Of a stretch of 64,000 nt of DNA, positions 36,429 through 46,456 are shown piece after piece; the first letter of the stretch is position 1; each line of letters begins with the position of its first letter. The position numbers and the translations under genes are program-made. The stretch comes from Acidobacteriota bacterium (GTDB lineage: Bacteria > Acidobacteriota > Terriglobia > Acidiferrales > UBA7541). The notes beneath the pieces were generated by a model. That model was given only the letters and a program-made list of their open reading frames with translations. It had not been told where the DNA came from and made no database searches. Location of the stretch: positions 7,913-71,912 of the forward strand of contig QHYI01000105.1 of assembly GCA_003223245.1 (NCBI GenBank), read 5' to 3'.

Positions 36429-36847
36429 CTACCGCGCTGGACACCAATGTAATCGCTGCTCTTTGGGATGCAAGCGATGCGCTGCATCAAGCAGCACGAA
36501 AGGCGCTGGACGCGGCCTGGAGCCAGGACCGACTGGTCATTTCGGGCGTGGTCTACGCGGAGTTGATTGGCGCTCCCAGAAGGACTCAGGCGTTTGTGGA
36601 TCGGTTCTGCGAAGACGCGGGGATTAGAGTGGAATGGGAGTTGAAAGAAAGGATTTGGCGAACGGCGGGGACCGCCTTTCAAGGATATGCGGCACGACGA
36701 AAGAAGCAGGGGGGAGCGGGGTCACGGCGGCTTCTCGCGGACTTCCTAATCGGAGCACACGCGCTGGTGAGCGGTTACCAGCTTTTGACGGCGGATGCGG
36801 GAGTGTACAAGACATCCTTTCCGCGGCTAGCGCTGGAGATTATTTAA
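36425..36847 (+). CDS. vapC: PIN-domain toxin VapC
   Basis: 140 aa with ALDTNVI...ADFLIGAHA...LLTAD. Its GTG start overlaps the vapB stop (GTGA). Confidence 0.85.
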   Translation: MTTALDTNVIAALWDASDALHQAARKALDAAWSQDRLVISGVVYAELIGAPRRTQAFVDRFCEDAGIRVEWELKERIWRTAGTAFQGYAARRKKQGGAGSRRLLADFLIGAHALVSGYQLLTADAGVYKTSFPRLALEII

Positions 36848-37135
36848 GGAGTATCGAATCGCTGTTTTATGGCCACAGGGAGCTGTGGCGATAGTTACCG
36901 CCGCCGAGCAATTGCACAAGTCGCAAATCCCGCAACACCTGCGACTGCCGGCAAATGGCGAAGTTGTATTTGCCACCCTTACGAAAACTGCCGGCGTGGG
37001 TGGGTATTCTTCCCATTCCGGAACCGCGCCTCCCGCCTTCCCAGGCCGCGGGTTACTTCCTTACTTCCATTCTCTTCAGTCTGCTACAATCGGCGGAACT
37101 GGTTACCCCACTTCAACTTCGACGGAGGCACCCGC

Positions 37136-38875
37136 ATGCATTTCTGCGTCCTGAGTCTTCACGCCCTGAATTGTCGCGCCCGGAATCACCGCGTCTCGAC
37201 CCGGCGCGCACTCATCACCTTTTCGCTCGCCCTGGCGCTGGCCATCTCCACTCTCGCGCCGAGCGAGGCCGCTTTCGCGCAGGAGCATGCCGGGCATGGC
37301 GCTGGCGCCGCCAAACCCGCCGCCGTGCTGATGAGCGGCTACGGCAACTGGCATCACCCGGTCTCGACGAAGAACGCGCAAGCGCAAGCGTTCTTCGACC
37401 AGGGACTGCGCCAGATTTACGCGTTCAATCACGATGAGGCGGCGCGCTCGTTCCAGCGCGCGGGCGAGCTCGACCCCAAGCTGGCGATGGCGTTCTGGGG
37501 CGTGGCAGAAGCGGTAGGGCCGAATTACAACGATCCCGCGAGCGAAGACCGCTTCGTCCAAGCGCACGCCGCGATCGAGAAAGCGCAAGCGCTGGCGGGC
37601 GATGCTTCGGGGAGCGACAAGGCGTACATCGACGCGCTGGCCAAGCGCTTCCCGGCCGACCGCCAAGCGGATTTGCGCGCGGCCGCGGAGCAATATCGCG
37701 ATGCCATGCGCGAAGTGATGAAACGCTTCCCCGACGATCTGGATGCAGCCACGCTGTTCGCCGAAGCGGGAATGAATTTGCATCCCTGGGGGCTGTGGCG
37801 GCCCGACGGTACGCCGGAAGAAGGCACGGAAGAAATTGTTGCGACGCTAGAGTCGGTGATTCGGCGTGAGCCGAATCATCTGGGCGCGATTCACTACTAC
37901 ATTCATTCGGTGGAGGCCTCGAATTCGCCGGAGCGCGCGTTGGCCGGCGCGCATCGGCTGGCCGAACTGGCGCCCGCCGCGGGACACATCGTGCACATGC
38001 CCGCGCACATTTATATACGCACCGGCGATTACGAAGCAGCGCTGAAAACTAACCAGAAAGCCGCGCTGGCGGATCAGGCCTACATCAAGGGCGGCGCGGC
38101 TCCGGGCATCTACTCGATGATGTATTACAGCCACAACTTGCACTTTATTGCCATGGCCGCGGCGATGAACGGCAATTACGCGGAGTCGCGCCGCGGTGCG
38201 CAGTTGCTCGCTGCGAACGTCCGCCCGCATGTGAAAGACATGCCCGCGCTCGGTGGCTTCATGACCGTGCCGATGGCCGTGGAAGTGCGCTTTCACAAAT
38301 GGAATGAAATCTTGAAGATGCCGCAGCCGGACGCGGCGATGCAGACGGCCAACGTTTTCTGGCATTTTGCGCGAGGATTAGCGCTCGCGGGCACAGGCGA
38401 TTTGGATGGCGCCGAAGCGGAGCACAAAATTGTTGCCGAGGCGGAAGAGAAAACTTCGCCGGAGGCCATTTTCCAGGCGCCCATCAACAACAAGACCAAA
38501 GATATTTTGAAAATCGCGGAAAACGTGCTGGGCGCAAAAATTTCGCTGGCAAAAAATGATATGGACGAAACGGTGAATCAATTGCGCGCGGCCGTCGCGG
38601 TGCAAGACGGCTTGAAATACGATGAGCCGCAGGACTGGTTTTATCCCGTGCGCGAATCACTGGGCGCGGTGCTGCTGAAGATCGGCGACTATGCGGGAGC
38701 CGAGGAAACGTTTCGCGCGGACCTCGAGCGCAATCTGCGCAACCCGCGTTCGCTTTTCGGACTCGAACAAGCCCTGAAGGCCGAGGACCGAACCTACGAT
38801 GCGGGCTTCGTGCGCAAACAGTTTGACGCCAACTGGAAGGGCGCCGCGCGGCCTACCGTGGACGACCTCCTCTAA
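37136..38875 (+). CDS. Secreted TPR-like protein
   Basis: It starts at MHFCVL..., with GGAGG 7 nt upstream. There is a signal-like LALALAISTLAPSEAAFAQ, then NAQAQAFFDQGLRQIYAFNHDEAARSFQRAGELDP. Confidence 0.75.
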   Translation: MHFCVLSLHALNCRARNHRVSTRRALITFSLALALAISTLAPSEAAFAQEHAGHGAGAAKPAAVLMSGYGNWHHPVSTKNAQAQAFFDQGLRQIYAFNHDEAARSFQRAGELDPKLAMAFWGVAEAVGPNYNDPASEDRFVQAHAAIEKAQALAGDASGSDKAYIDALAKRFPADRQADLRAAAEQYRDAMREVMKRFPDDLDAATLFAEAGMNLHPWGLWRPDGTPEEGTEEIVATLESVIRREPNHLGAIHYYIHSVEASNSPERALAGAHRLAELAPAAGHIVHMPAHIYIRTGDYEAALKTNQKAALADQAYIKGGAAPGIYSMMYYSHNLHFIAMAAAMNGNYAESRRGAQLLAANVRPHVKDMPALGGFMTVPMAVEVRFHKWNEILKMPQPDAAMQTANVFWHFARGLALAGTGDLDGAEAEHKIVAEAEEKTSPEAIFQAPINNKTKDILKIAENVLGAKISLAKNDMDETVNQLRAAVAVQDGLKYDEPQDWFYPVRESLGAVLLKIGDYAGAEETFRADLERNLRNPRSLFGLEQALKAEDRTYDAGFVRKQFDANWKGAARPTVDDLL

Positions 38876-39230
38876 CCGGTCCTCTGACCCGCCGCGCGCT
38901 GTAGCCCGTCTTAGGCTTTAGGCCATGAGGATAACGGTCAAGGGGACATGTAAAATTTGTCCGTGCCCTACCGATGAACAGGATACTCCCCATATGGTTC
39001 TTCCTTTATCTCCTGTTTTTCCAGTAAGTTAGCAAAGAATGCGTCTTTGCCCCTGTACTTACCCTGTGGACAAAACCGTACGGTGGAACAGGCTCTAGTA
39101 CTTCTGCCCTATTCGTCTTTGTAACCGACTGACTATCTGTCGGAACAGCCTCGGCCGGCATCATTTCCTCGTTCGAACAATAGAACGTGTCGCTAGCAAC
39201 CGTCCCACGAAACATCACAAGGAGCCCGTG

Positions 39231-39794
39231 ATGACCCTTGTTCGTCGAGCGAACCGCCTAGCTAGCCAACATGGTTTCTCCATGGTGGAGTTGATAATTG
39301 CCCTGGGAGTCGTCGCAGTGGTGCTGGCAAGTTCCCTGCCCATGGTGTTCAGGTCGCAACGCGCCTACCGGCTCATGAACGACACCCGAGCCATCGCCGA
39401 CCAACTCACACTGGCGCGCGTGCGAGCCGCCAGCGAGTTCACCCAAACAAGACTTAATTTCAATTTGGCTAATGGCAGTTATCAGCTTCAGCTCTGGGAC
39501 AAGGCCACCAATAGCTTTGATATCACCGAAGGCGGGAGGCAGTACCTCTCCGGCTCTACCAATTTTAGCATTGGCACCGTTGGCACCCCTGCGGGCAGCC
39601 AAACCACTATCCAGGAAAGTCCCCAGATCATTTTCAACTCAAGAGGCATCGCCGTCGACAACACGGGAGCGGCTACCGGGAACTACGCTATCTATCTGTC
39701 CGATAACCAAAGCCAATACTCTGCGGTCAGTGTTTCGGCAGGCGGCAAGGTCAGCATCTGGCGGTGGAAAGGTTCGAGCTGGCAGGGCTATTAA
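39231..39794 (+). CDS. GspH/FimT-like minor (pseudo)pilin
   Basis: It has the prepilin N-terminal methylation motif QHGFSMVELIIALGVVAVV. The RBS is AAGGAG. Confidence 0.75.
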   Translation: MTLVRRANRLASQHGFSMVELIIALGVVAVVLASSLPMVFRSQRAYRLMNDTRAIADQLTLARVRAASEFTQTRLNFNLANGSYQLQLWDKATNSFDITEGGRQYLSGSTNFSIGTVGTPAGSQTTIQESPQIIFNSRGIAVDNTGAATGNYAIYLSDNQSQYSAVSVSAGGKVSIWRWKGSSWQGY

Positions 39795-39835
39795 ATCTCT
39801 TACCAAATCTTTTGGAAGCAACGAGGCGAACTTTC

Positions 39836-40384
39836 ATGTGCGATTGCGTTGGCGGCAAATCAAAGCGCGGGGCCAAAGCACAGGCGGGATTCTCGATCCT
39901 GGAAACGATGATCTCTGCGGTAATCCTGCTGGTCGGGGTTGTGCCCGTTATGGCGTTATTTGGAATCGCTGCGGGACAGAACAAAAAGCAAGGTGACATC
40001 GCTACCCGAACGATCGAGTACTCGCAGGACAAAATGGAGCAGTTGCTCTCCTTGGATTTCAACGATGGCTCGACCAATACCGCCATCTTCCCCGCTAGCG
40101 CGACGGGTGGTACGGGACTTGGCGGGGCCATGGCGGCGAGCAGCACGGTTGGGGGTAGCAATCCTGCCGCGCCCGTCGCCGGGTATGTGGACTATCTCGA
40201 CTCCAATGGAAACCTGTTGACCAGTCCGACCGGCGCTTTTTATACGCGCGTTTGGGGCATCTCCACGGATGCCACAGGAAACATCAAGACTGTTCAGGTA
40301 GTGACCGCCGCGGTCTCGTCCTTAGCGGCAGGCGGCCCTGCGCCAACGATGACCTTGGTCGGCGCCAAGGGCTTTGGTCACTAA
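39836..40384 (+). CDS. PilV-like minor pilin
   Basis: It has the prepilin motif AGFSILETMISAVILLVGV. Confidence 0.7.
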   Translation: MCDCVGGKSKRGAKAQAGFSILETMISAVILLVGVVPVMALFGIAAGQNKKQGDIATRTIEYSQDKMEQLLSLDFNDGSTNTAIFPASATGGTGLGGAMAASSTVGGSNPAAPVAGYVDYLDSNGNLLTSPTGAFYTRVWGISTDATGNIKTVQVVTAAVSSLAAGGPAPTMTLVGAKGFGH

Positions 40385-40402
40385 AAAGGAAGGGTGTTTG
40401 AG

Positions 40403-41281
40403 ATGACCAAGAGCAAGAGCCAAGGATTTTCACTCCTAGAGCTGATGGTTAGCATCGCGGTGCTGGTCACCATCTGTGGCGCGCTGTTTTCCGCCTTATT
40501 CGCTTATCAAAAGACCTACGCGTCGGAAATGCTGAAAGCCGATATGCGCCTGGGAGTGCAGGGCGCCGCAGAAACCTTGGCTCAGGAAATCGGCCAGGCT
40601 GGCGCCGTGCCGCCTACCACCACCACGCTTACGGGGAGCATCACGGCAAGCGCGCTGGCCCAAAGCGCTAGCGTAATCTCAACCGCAAATATGTTTGCTG
40701 GCGAAACCTTGCAAGTCGACCAGGGCCCCACTTATGAGACCGTCAAAATCGCCAGCGTATCCAGCTCCACAACCATCAGTGCCATCTTCAACAGCAATCA
40801 CGCCGCGGGAGCTCTGGTTTGGGCTAGCGGCGTCTTTCCCCAAGGCATCCTTAGTTCTTCGACGGCCAACGTGTTACAGCTTTTTGGAGATATCAACAGC
40901 GACGGAACCCTGGCCTACGAAGAGTATAGGTGCGACATGACAGCGGGAACGCTCACGCGGTCCATTACGCCTGTCGGAGCCGGCGAAAGGAATGCCGCCG
41001 TGGTGGTCCTTCAAGGAGTTATCGCAAATCCAGGCGGGACACCGTGCTTTACCTATGCCGCTCCTGTGTCTGCGGCAGGCTTCAACTTCATCACCAACGT
41101 GGGGTTCACCGTGACGACTCAAACCTCGGACCCCGACCCACAGACTGGCCAATATGCCACGATGACCAAATCTTTCTTGGATCTCGCGCCGCGGAACGTC
41201 AAGGCCGGCTTGGCTCTGGCGCAAGGCGGCTACACCGCCCCATTGCAGGCCACGCCTCCGGGCCTGCCCATGAGTCCATGA
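40403..41281 (+). CDS. PilW-like minor pilin
   Basis: It has the prepilin motif QGFSLLELMVSIAVLV. Confidence 0.7.
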   Translation: MTKSKSQGFSLLELMVSIAVLVTICGALFSALFAYQKTYASEMLKADMRLGVQGAAETLAQEIGQAGAVPPTTTTLTGSITASALAQSASVISTANMFAGETLQVDQGPTYETVKIASVSSSTTISAIFNSNHAAGALVWASGVFPQGILSSSTANVLQLFGDINSDGTLAYEEYRCDMTAGTLTRSITPVGAGERNAAVVVLQGVIANPGGTPCFTYAAPVSAAGFNFITNVGFTVTTQTSDPDPQTGQYATMTKSFLDLAPRNVKAGLALAQGGYTAPLQATPPGLPMSP

Positions 41282-41315
41282 GAATCGTTTGTTTGGAGGA
41301 AAAGGGCGAGGCTTC

Positions 41316-42758
41316 ATGAAAACGACCACAGTCAAAAGGAACAACGAACAGGGCATAGGGCTGCTGGTTGCCTTAATGACCCTCATGCTGCTCTCCACGA
41401 TGGTCGCGGGCCTGCTCATGGTGACCAATACGCAGCTCTGGACTACCTTGAATCACCGGCTGGCGACTCAGGCCCGCTACGCGGCCGAATATGGCGCTCA
41501 GCGGGCAGCCGTATGGATCGCTAACACCGATCTCAAGATGAACGACACTACCGGCCTCAACACCGGGGTTTATCCGGTCCAGCTTACCGCCGACAATCAG
41601 GCCGTGGTCCTGTCCGCGATGTCCGCTGTGACTGCGAACTATCCCGATTCCTCAGTTCGGACCGGCTTCAATACGGCGCTCTCCAATCAACCCGTCCCGG
41701 GATTGACAAATTTCAAGTATTCGACGTATGCCACCTTGGTGTCTATGACTCCAGCTGCGGCCGCTGGAACCGCTATGTACCAGCAGACGTGGCAGATTAC
41801 CTCGCAAGCCAGTATCGTGGGCCTGCGCAACGCCCAAGTTCAAGTCGTCGAGAACATCCAGCGCATGGTGGGCGTACCGCTGTTCCAATATGCGATCCAA
41901 AGCACAGGCAACGGCTGCGGCGCCCTCACCCTTGCGGGCGGCGCCAGCACCGACAGCTATGATTCATCTGCCGGAACCTATGCCTCGACCAATACGGCTG
42001 CCGGTGGAAACATCGAAGCCAATGGCAACGTCAGCCTCAGCGGCAGTAGCACAGAGGTGGAAGGAAATCTCTACGACCCGAATCCGACCGGAACAAGCTG
42101 CAGTTCGGGTAGCGTCGATGCCCTTACCGTCGGTGGCGGCGCCAGTGTGACAGGAAGCGTTACTACGATAGGCGCCCCTTTGACCGTTCCAACGCCGCCC
42201 GCGCCAAGTCCCGTCCCGCCGACAACGAATGAACCTTTTACTGGCAACTGCGGCGGCGGAGCCGGGTGTACGAATCTGTCGGCCGATAACCTGGCGCTTG
42301 CCCCGGGAACGTATGGAAACATCAGTGCCAGCGGCGGCACTTCCCTGCACCTTTCTGCGGGCACCTATAATCTGAACAGTCTCACGCTCAGCGGCGGAAG
42401 CTCCCTGGTCATCGACTCAGGCCCAGTCATTGTCAACATCGGGGGTGCAGGCATACGCGCACCAATTACCTTTAGCGGTGGCAGCATAACTAACAATAGC
42501 GGGCTCGCCGCAAACCTCCAGATTAATTACGGGGGAACCGGTGCCGTGGATCTGTCCGGAGGAGCGGCGAGCTATGCATTGGTCGACGCTCCCAACGCAG
42601 CGATCACTTTCAGCGGCGGCTCGAATTGGTATGGGTCGGTCATCGGCAAAACCGTGAACGACAGTGGCGGCACTGCCGTCCACTTTGACCGCAGCCTCCT
42701 TGTCACCATCACCAATGGCAAATTCCAGATCGTCGGATTCAACTGGAGCAAATTCTAA
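41316..42758 (+). CDS. PilX-N-domain protein with a large Gly/Ser/Thr-rich repetitive C-terminal domain
   Basis: The N-terminus is NEQGIGLLVALMTLMLLSTMVAGLLMV...ARYAAEYGAQ. The C-terminal ~300 aa carry repeated GGxS/T...xxSGG units, which look beta-helix-like. Confidence 0.7.
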   Translation: MKTTTVKRNNEQGIGLLVALMTLMLLSTMVAGLLMVTNTQLWTTLNHRLATQARYAAEYGAQRAAVWIANTDLKMNDTTGLNTGVYPVQLTADNQAVVLSAMSAVTANYPDSSVRTGFNTALSNQPVPGLTNFKYSTYATLVSMTPAAAAGTAMYQQTWQITSQASIVGLRNAQVQVVENIQRMVGVPLFQYAIQSTGNGCGALTLAGGASTDSYDSSAGTYASTNTAAGGNIEANGNVSLSGSSTEVEGNLYDPNPTGTSCSSGSVDALTVGGGASVTGSVTTIGAPLTVPTPPAPSPVPPTTNEPFTGNCGGGAGCTNLSADNLALAPGTYGNISASGGTSLHLSAGTYNLNSLTLSGGSSLVIDSGPVIVNIGGAGIRAPITFSGGSITNNSGLAANLQINYGGTGAVDLSGGAASYALVDAPNAAITFSGGSNWYGSVIGKTVNDSGGTAVHFDRSLLVTITNGKFQIVGFNWSKF

Positions 42759-42794
42759 GGCCAGGAAACTGCGGCGCCTCCGCGGAGGGGAAGC

Positions 42795-43160
42795 ATGAGG
42801 ACAAGACGAGAATTGCAGGAAACCCCAGTCTATGTCGCCTCGGCATGGTGGAGAAATTGCGAACCGTTTGTAACCATCGTCGGCGGGAGCCAGAAAGCCG
42901 TGGAAACGACCATTCAGGCCGTGATGCTTCAAACGGCAACCGACGCCTATAACGAACAGGGGAGCAAAAAACGCGAGCGCGATGACTTCCTGCTGGACAT
43001 GGCTCGGTCGTTTGCCAAACGCGATACGCTTGGCAACGTCTTCCCTGCCCATGTTCTTGAGAACTATTGCAGCGAGAAGTTGCTGCGTCATCGCTACCTG
43101 GACTATCAAAACTTCCACTCTTTAGTGAACGGCGACCCAAACGCCATAGTCCGTTTCTGA
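42795..43160 (+). CDS. Hypothetical protein
   Basis: 121-aa ORF with GGAGGGG upstream. I recognised no family. Confidence 0.45.
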   Translation: MRTRRELQETPVYVASAWWRNCEPFVTIVGGSQKAVETTIQAVMLQTATDAYNEQGSKKRERDDFLLDMARSFAKRDTLGNVFPAHVLENYCSEKLLRHRYLDYQNFHSLVNGDPNAIVRF

Positions 43161-43168
43161 GCGCAGCT

Positions 43169-44092
43169 ATGTTCCATCCTTCAAATCCCCCGAAGCCGCA
43201 GGCGGAGATGTACGAAAAACAGTTCCGGCTCTACCTTCTCCGCTTGGACCTGATCAGCGCGGTGTCCTGGTGGCTAAGCGCTCTCGCCGCCGTTTTGATT
43301 CTGGTGGCTTTTCTCGCCTTGCTCTTTCCAGGGCTGCTTGTCTATCTCCTCCCGCGTGGTTGGGACTCCACTTCACCGCTCGCGATCCTTCTCACGGTAC
43401 TCTTGCTTTCCCAAGCCTTCACGCTCTATCAGGGACACCAGTTCAAACTCTTTCGGCATCGCCTCGCCGCTCAGATGGACGCCGCTGAGAAACAACGCAT
43501 GCGCGCGGATACTTTTTACGGCATGTCCATCATCGATCCCCTCACCGGCCTCCACAACCGCCGTTTCGGGGAAGAGCGCTTGAAGGATGAGGTTGCTCGA
43601 GCGGAAAGGAAGAACCAGAACTTGGCCGTGATCGCCATCGATCTCGACAACTTCAAGCCCATCAACGATCAATTCGGACACGCCGCCGGAGACTTGGTTT
43701 TGAAGGAGTTCGCGCGCCGCCTCCGACGGGCCATCCGCCCCTGTGATGTTCCCGTGCGCCTCGGCGGAGACGAGTTCCTGATCCTTCTTCCGGAATGCTC
43801 CACCGAGAATGTTGACATCATCTTCTCCCGCCTGCACCCCTTTGAGGTTACGGTGAACCGCCAAAAGGTGCCTGTTTGTTTTTCGCGGGGACGTGCCCAA
43901 TACCAGATCGGCGACAAGCCGGAAACACTGGTCGCGCGCGCCGACGAGCGCCTGTACGCCGATAAGCAGGCGCGGAAGAATCCACGTCCGTCCGAAGACG
44001 GCGCCTACGGACCGGAAGAACTGTCATCCGGCGTCATTCATGCAGAAACGCGGGACAGGTGTGCCGCGCTAAGCGGCAGTCTGGAGGATTAA
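43169..44092 (+). CDS. Membrane-anchored diguanylate cyclase (GGDEF)
   Basis: Two TM segments are followed by DPLTGLHNRR...IDLDNFKPINDQFGHAAGD...RLGGDEFLILL. Confidence 0.9.
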   Translation: MFHPSNPPKPQAEMYEKQFRLYLLRLDLISAVSWWLSALAAVLILVAFLALLFPGLLVYLLPRGWDSTSPLAILLTVLLLSQAFTLYQGHQFKLFRHRLAAQMDAAEKQRMRADTFYGMSIIDPLTGLHNRRFGEERLKDEVARAERKNQNLAVIAIDLDNFKPINDQFGHAAGDLVLKEFARRLRRAIRPCDVPVRLGGDEFLILLPECSTENVDIIFSRLHPFEVTVNRQKVPVCFSRGRAQYQIGDKPETLVARADERLYADKQARKNPRPSEDGAYGPEELSSGVIHAETRDRCAALSGSLED

Positions 44093-44252
44093 ACGATCCC
44101 CTGTTCCATGGCCTGCAATGCTCTTTCGCCTTTGGAGACGCGCGAGACGGTGAGCGTCGCTCGATGGCTGAGCCTCGAGGGTAGTTTCAAATAGCTTCAA
44201 AGCAAAGGCCCACCGGAGCGGTATTTTCGCCCTAATCCGCTTGTTCCTCGCC

Positions 44253-44720
44253 CTAGTTTTTTGCCCAGCGCTGGCGAATTCCGGCGAGGAATTTCTGCTT
44301 ATCCTTCTGCATGAGCCGGATGAGCGCCCGATTTTCCGTCTTCTCGTGCTTCCCCGCCCATAGCACCATTTCTGTCAGCACGGGAGCCAGATCGATTCCT
44401 TTTCGCGTGAGCGAGTAAATGAGCTTTCGGCCATCGGAGAGATGCCGCTCTGCGCGGAGGATTCCGTACGCTTCCAGCTTGCGCAGCCGGTCGGTTAATA
44501 TGTTCGTCGCGATTCCTTCGTAGGATCCGAGGAACTCCTTGAACGTGCGCGACCCAAATAACATCGCGTCCCGGATAATCAACAGCGACCACCGATCGCC
44601 CAGCATCTCCACCGAAGCATTCAGCGGGCAGCCGGACCGCCACTTTGGATTGGCCTTTCTCTTTGCCACTTTTTCACGGTAGCAATTATCACTTGCATTT
44701 TGCAAGTGACTTTTACACAC
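44253..44720 (-). CDS. HxlR-family transcriptional regulator
   Basis: CPLNASVEMLGDRWSLLIIRD...ATNILTDRLRKLEAYGIL. The ORF-track GTG at 44720 would place the palindrome inside the CDS. A GTG at 44669 is a plausible real start. Confidence 0.85.
   Translation of the reverse strand: MCKSHLQNASDNCYREKVAKRKANPKWRSGCPLNASVEMLGDRWSLLIIRDAMLFGSRTFKEFLGSYEGIATNILTDRLRKLEAYGILRAERHLSDGRKLIYSLTRKGIDLAPVLTEMVLWAGKHEKTENRALIRLMQKDKQKFLAGIRQRWAKN
44689..44709. promoter_or_regulatory. Perfect 9-3-9 palindrome, a candidate HxlR operator in the hxlR/doxX divergent region
   Basis: TCACTTGCA-TTT-TGCAAGTGA, read directly from the sequence. Confidence 0.5.
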
Positions 44721-44762
44721 TAACCGAACCAGCGCCCGTTACAAATCCGGAGGGAGAATCTC

Positions 44763-45209
44763 ATGAGCTCAAACGTTCCACCGGCCTCGCAAGGAGCGGC
44801 GCCCGTTGAACGACCTTCTGTTTCAGCGCGCGGCGCACTGTGGACCGGACGTATCCTCACTGCTCTCGCGGTATTGTTTCTGCTCTTCGACGGCATTACG
44901 AAAGTGATGAGAGTTCCCGCCGTGCTCAAAGCAAGCGCTCAGCTTGGCCTTTCGGACAAGCTCATCGTCGCGATCGGCGTTACCCTGCTCTTGTGCACCG
45001 GCCTTTATGTGATTCCGCGCACTGCGGTCCTCGGCGCAGTATTTCTGACCGGCTATCTCGGCGGCGCAGTCTCCATTCAACTGCGCGTCGGAAATCCGCT
45101 CTTCAGTGAAACATTGTTCCCGGTGTATTTTGGCGTGCTGGTGTGGCTCGGCCTGTATCTCCGCGAAAGCCGCTTGCGCGCGCTGGTTCCGTTGCGAAGG
45201 TTGATTTGA
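44763..45209 (+). CDS. DoxX-family membrane protein
   Basis: 148 aa with four hydrophobic segments, including [19 protein letters not shown]. Confidence 0.7.
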   Translation: MSSNVPPASQGAAPVERPSVSARGALWTGRILTALAVLFLLFDGITKVMRVPAVLKASAQLGLSDKLIVAIGVTLLLCTGLYVIPRTAVLGAVFLTGYLGGAVSIQLRVGNPLFSETLFPVYFGVLVWLGLYLRESRLRALVPLRRLI

Positions 45210-45268
45210 TTCCGGTTCGCGTCCTTGGTAGAAAAGAAAGCTTGAAAAAAAACAGAAAGGAGCATTTG

Positions 45269-46456
45269 ATGAGCGGAGTACGCGTATTGGTTGGCACACG
45301 CAAGGGTGCATTCATCCTCACTTCGGACGGCAAGCGCCAGAAATGGGACGTAAGCGGCCCGCATTTTGCCGGTTGGGAGATCTATCACATGAAAGGGTCG
45401 CCCGCGAGTCCCAATCGCATTTACGCATCGCAGACGAGCGGCTGGTTCGGCCAGATCATTCAGCGCTCCGATGACGGCGGCAAGACCTGGATTCAACCGG
45501 GCACGCCGCCGGGCGAACCGACCACCGGTCCGGGGGGAATGCCCAAAGGCGAAAGCAACAAATTTGTGTACGACACCTCCGCGGAAACCGGCAAGCCTCT
45601 TACCACGCATCAGTGGTACGACGGCACGCAGCATCCGTGGGAATTCAAGCGCGTGTGGCATCTTGAGCCTTCGCTCAGCGAACCGGAGGTGGTCTACGCA
45701 GGCGTCGAAGACGCCGCCATCTTCCGCTCGAAAGACGGAGGCAAGTCCTGGCAGGAGTTGTCTGGGCTTCGCGGCCACGGCACGGGTCCGAAGTGGCAGC
45801 CTGGCGCCGGCGGCATGTGCTTGCACACCATCGTTGTCGACCCCCGCAATCCCAGGCGCATTGTCATCGCCATCTCCGCTGCAGGGGCGTTTCGTACCGA
45901 CGATGGCGGCAAAACCTGGAAGCCCATCAACAAAGGGCTGCACTCGCAATACATCCCGAATCCGACCGCCGAAATCGGCCATTGCGTTCATCACATTGCC
46001 ATGAGCCGCAAGCGTCCCAACACCCTTTTCATGCAAAAGCATTGGGACGTCATGCGCAGCGACGACGGGGGCGACAACTGGAAAGAAGTCAGCGGCAATT
46101 TGCCCACCGATTTCGGCTTCGTCATCGATGTTCACACCCACGAGCCCGAAACTATCTACGTCGTTCCCATCAAGAGCGACGGCGAACACTTCCCTCCCGA
46201 CGGAAAGTTGCGCGTGTATCGCAGCCGCACTGGCGGAAACGAGTGGGAAGCCCTCACGAAAGGCCTCCCGCAGAAAGATTGTTACGTCAACGTGCTGCGC
46301 GACGCGATGGCCGTCGACTCGCTCGACAAATGCGGCATCTATTTCGGCACCACCGGCGGACAGGTGTACTGCTCGGCCGATGCCGGAGACAATTGGACAC
46401 CCATCGTGCACGACCTCCCGGCGGTGCTCTCCGTCGAGGTCCAAACTCTGTCATGA
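45269..46456 (+). CDS. Cytoplasmic BNR/Asp-box beta-propeller protein (sialidase-like fold, function unknown)
   Basis: There is no signal peptide. Asp-boxes are [32 protein letters not shown] and SADAGDNW. The RBS is AAAGGAG. Confidence 0.8.
   Translation: MSGVRVLVGTRKGAFILTSDGKRQKWDVSGPHFAGWEIYHMKGSPASPNRIYASQTSGWFGQIIQRSDDGGKTWIQPGTPPGEPTTGPGGMPKGESNKFVYDTSAETGKPLTTHQWYDGTQHPWEFKRVWHLEPSLSEPEVVYAGVEDAAIFRSKDGGKSWQELSGLRGHGTGPKWQPGAGGMCLHTIVVDPRNPRRIVIAISAAGAFRTDDGGKTWKPINKGLHSQYIPNPTAEIGHCVHHIAMSRKRPNTLFMQKHWDVMRSDDGGDNWKEVSGNLPTDFGFVIDVHTHEPETIYVVPIKSDGEHFPPDGKLRVYRSRTGGNEWEALTKGLPQKDCYVNVLRDAMAVDSLDKCGIYFGTTGGQVYCSADAGDNWTPIVHDLPAVLSVEVQTLS

Noticed and set aside
39006-39218. 70-aa minus-strand ORF upstream of the pilin operon
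   Set aside because: It has no RBS and an odd composition, and it lies in the AT-rich promoter region of the pilin genes.
45077-46444. 455-aa minus-strand ORF
   Set aside because: It is antisense to the BNR propeller gene, whose repeated Asp-boxes fix the coding frame. It is a shadow ORF.
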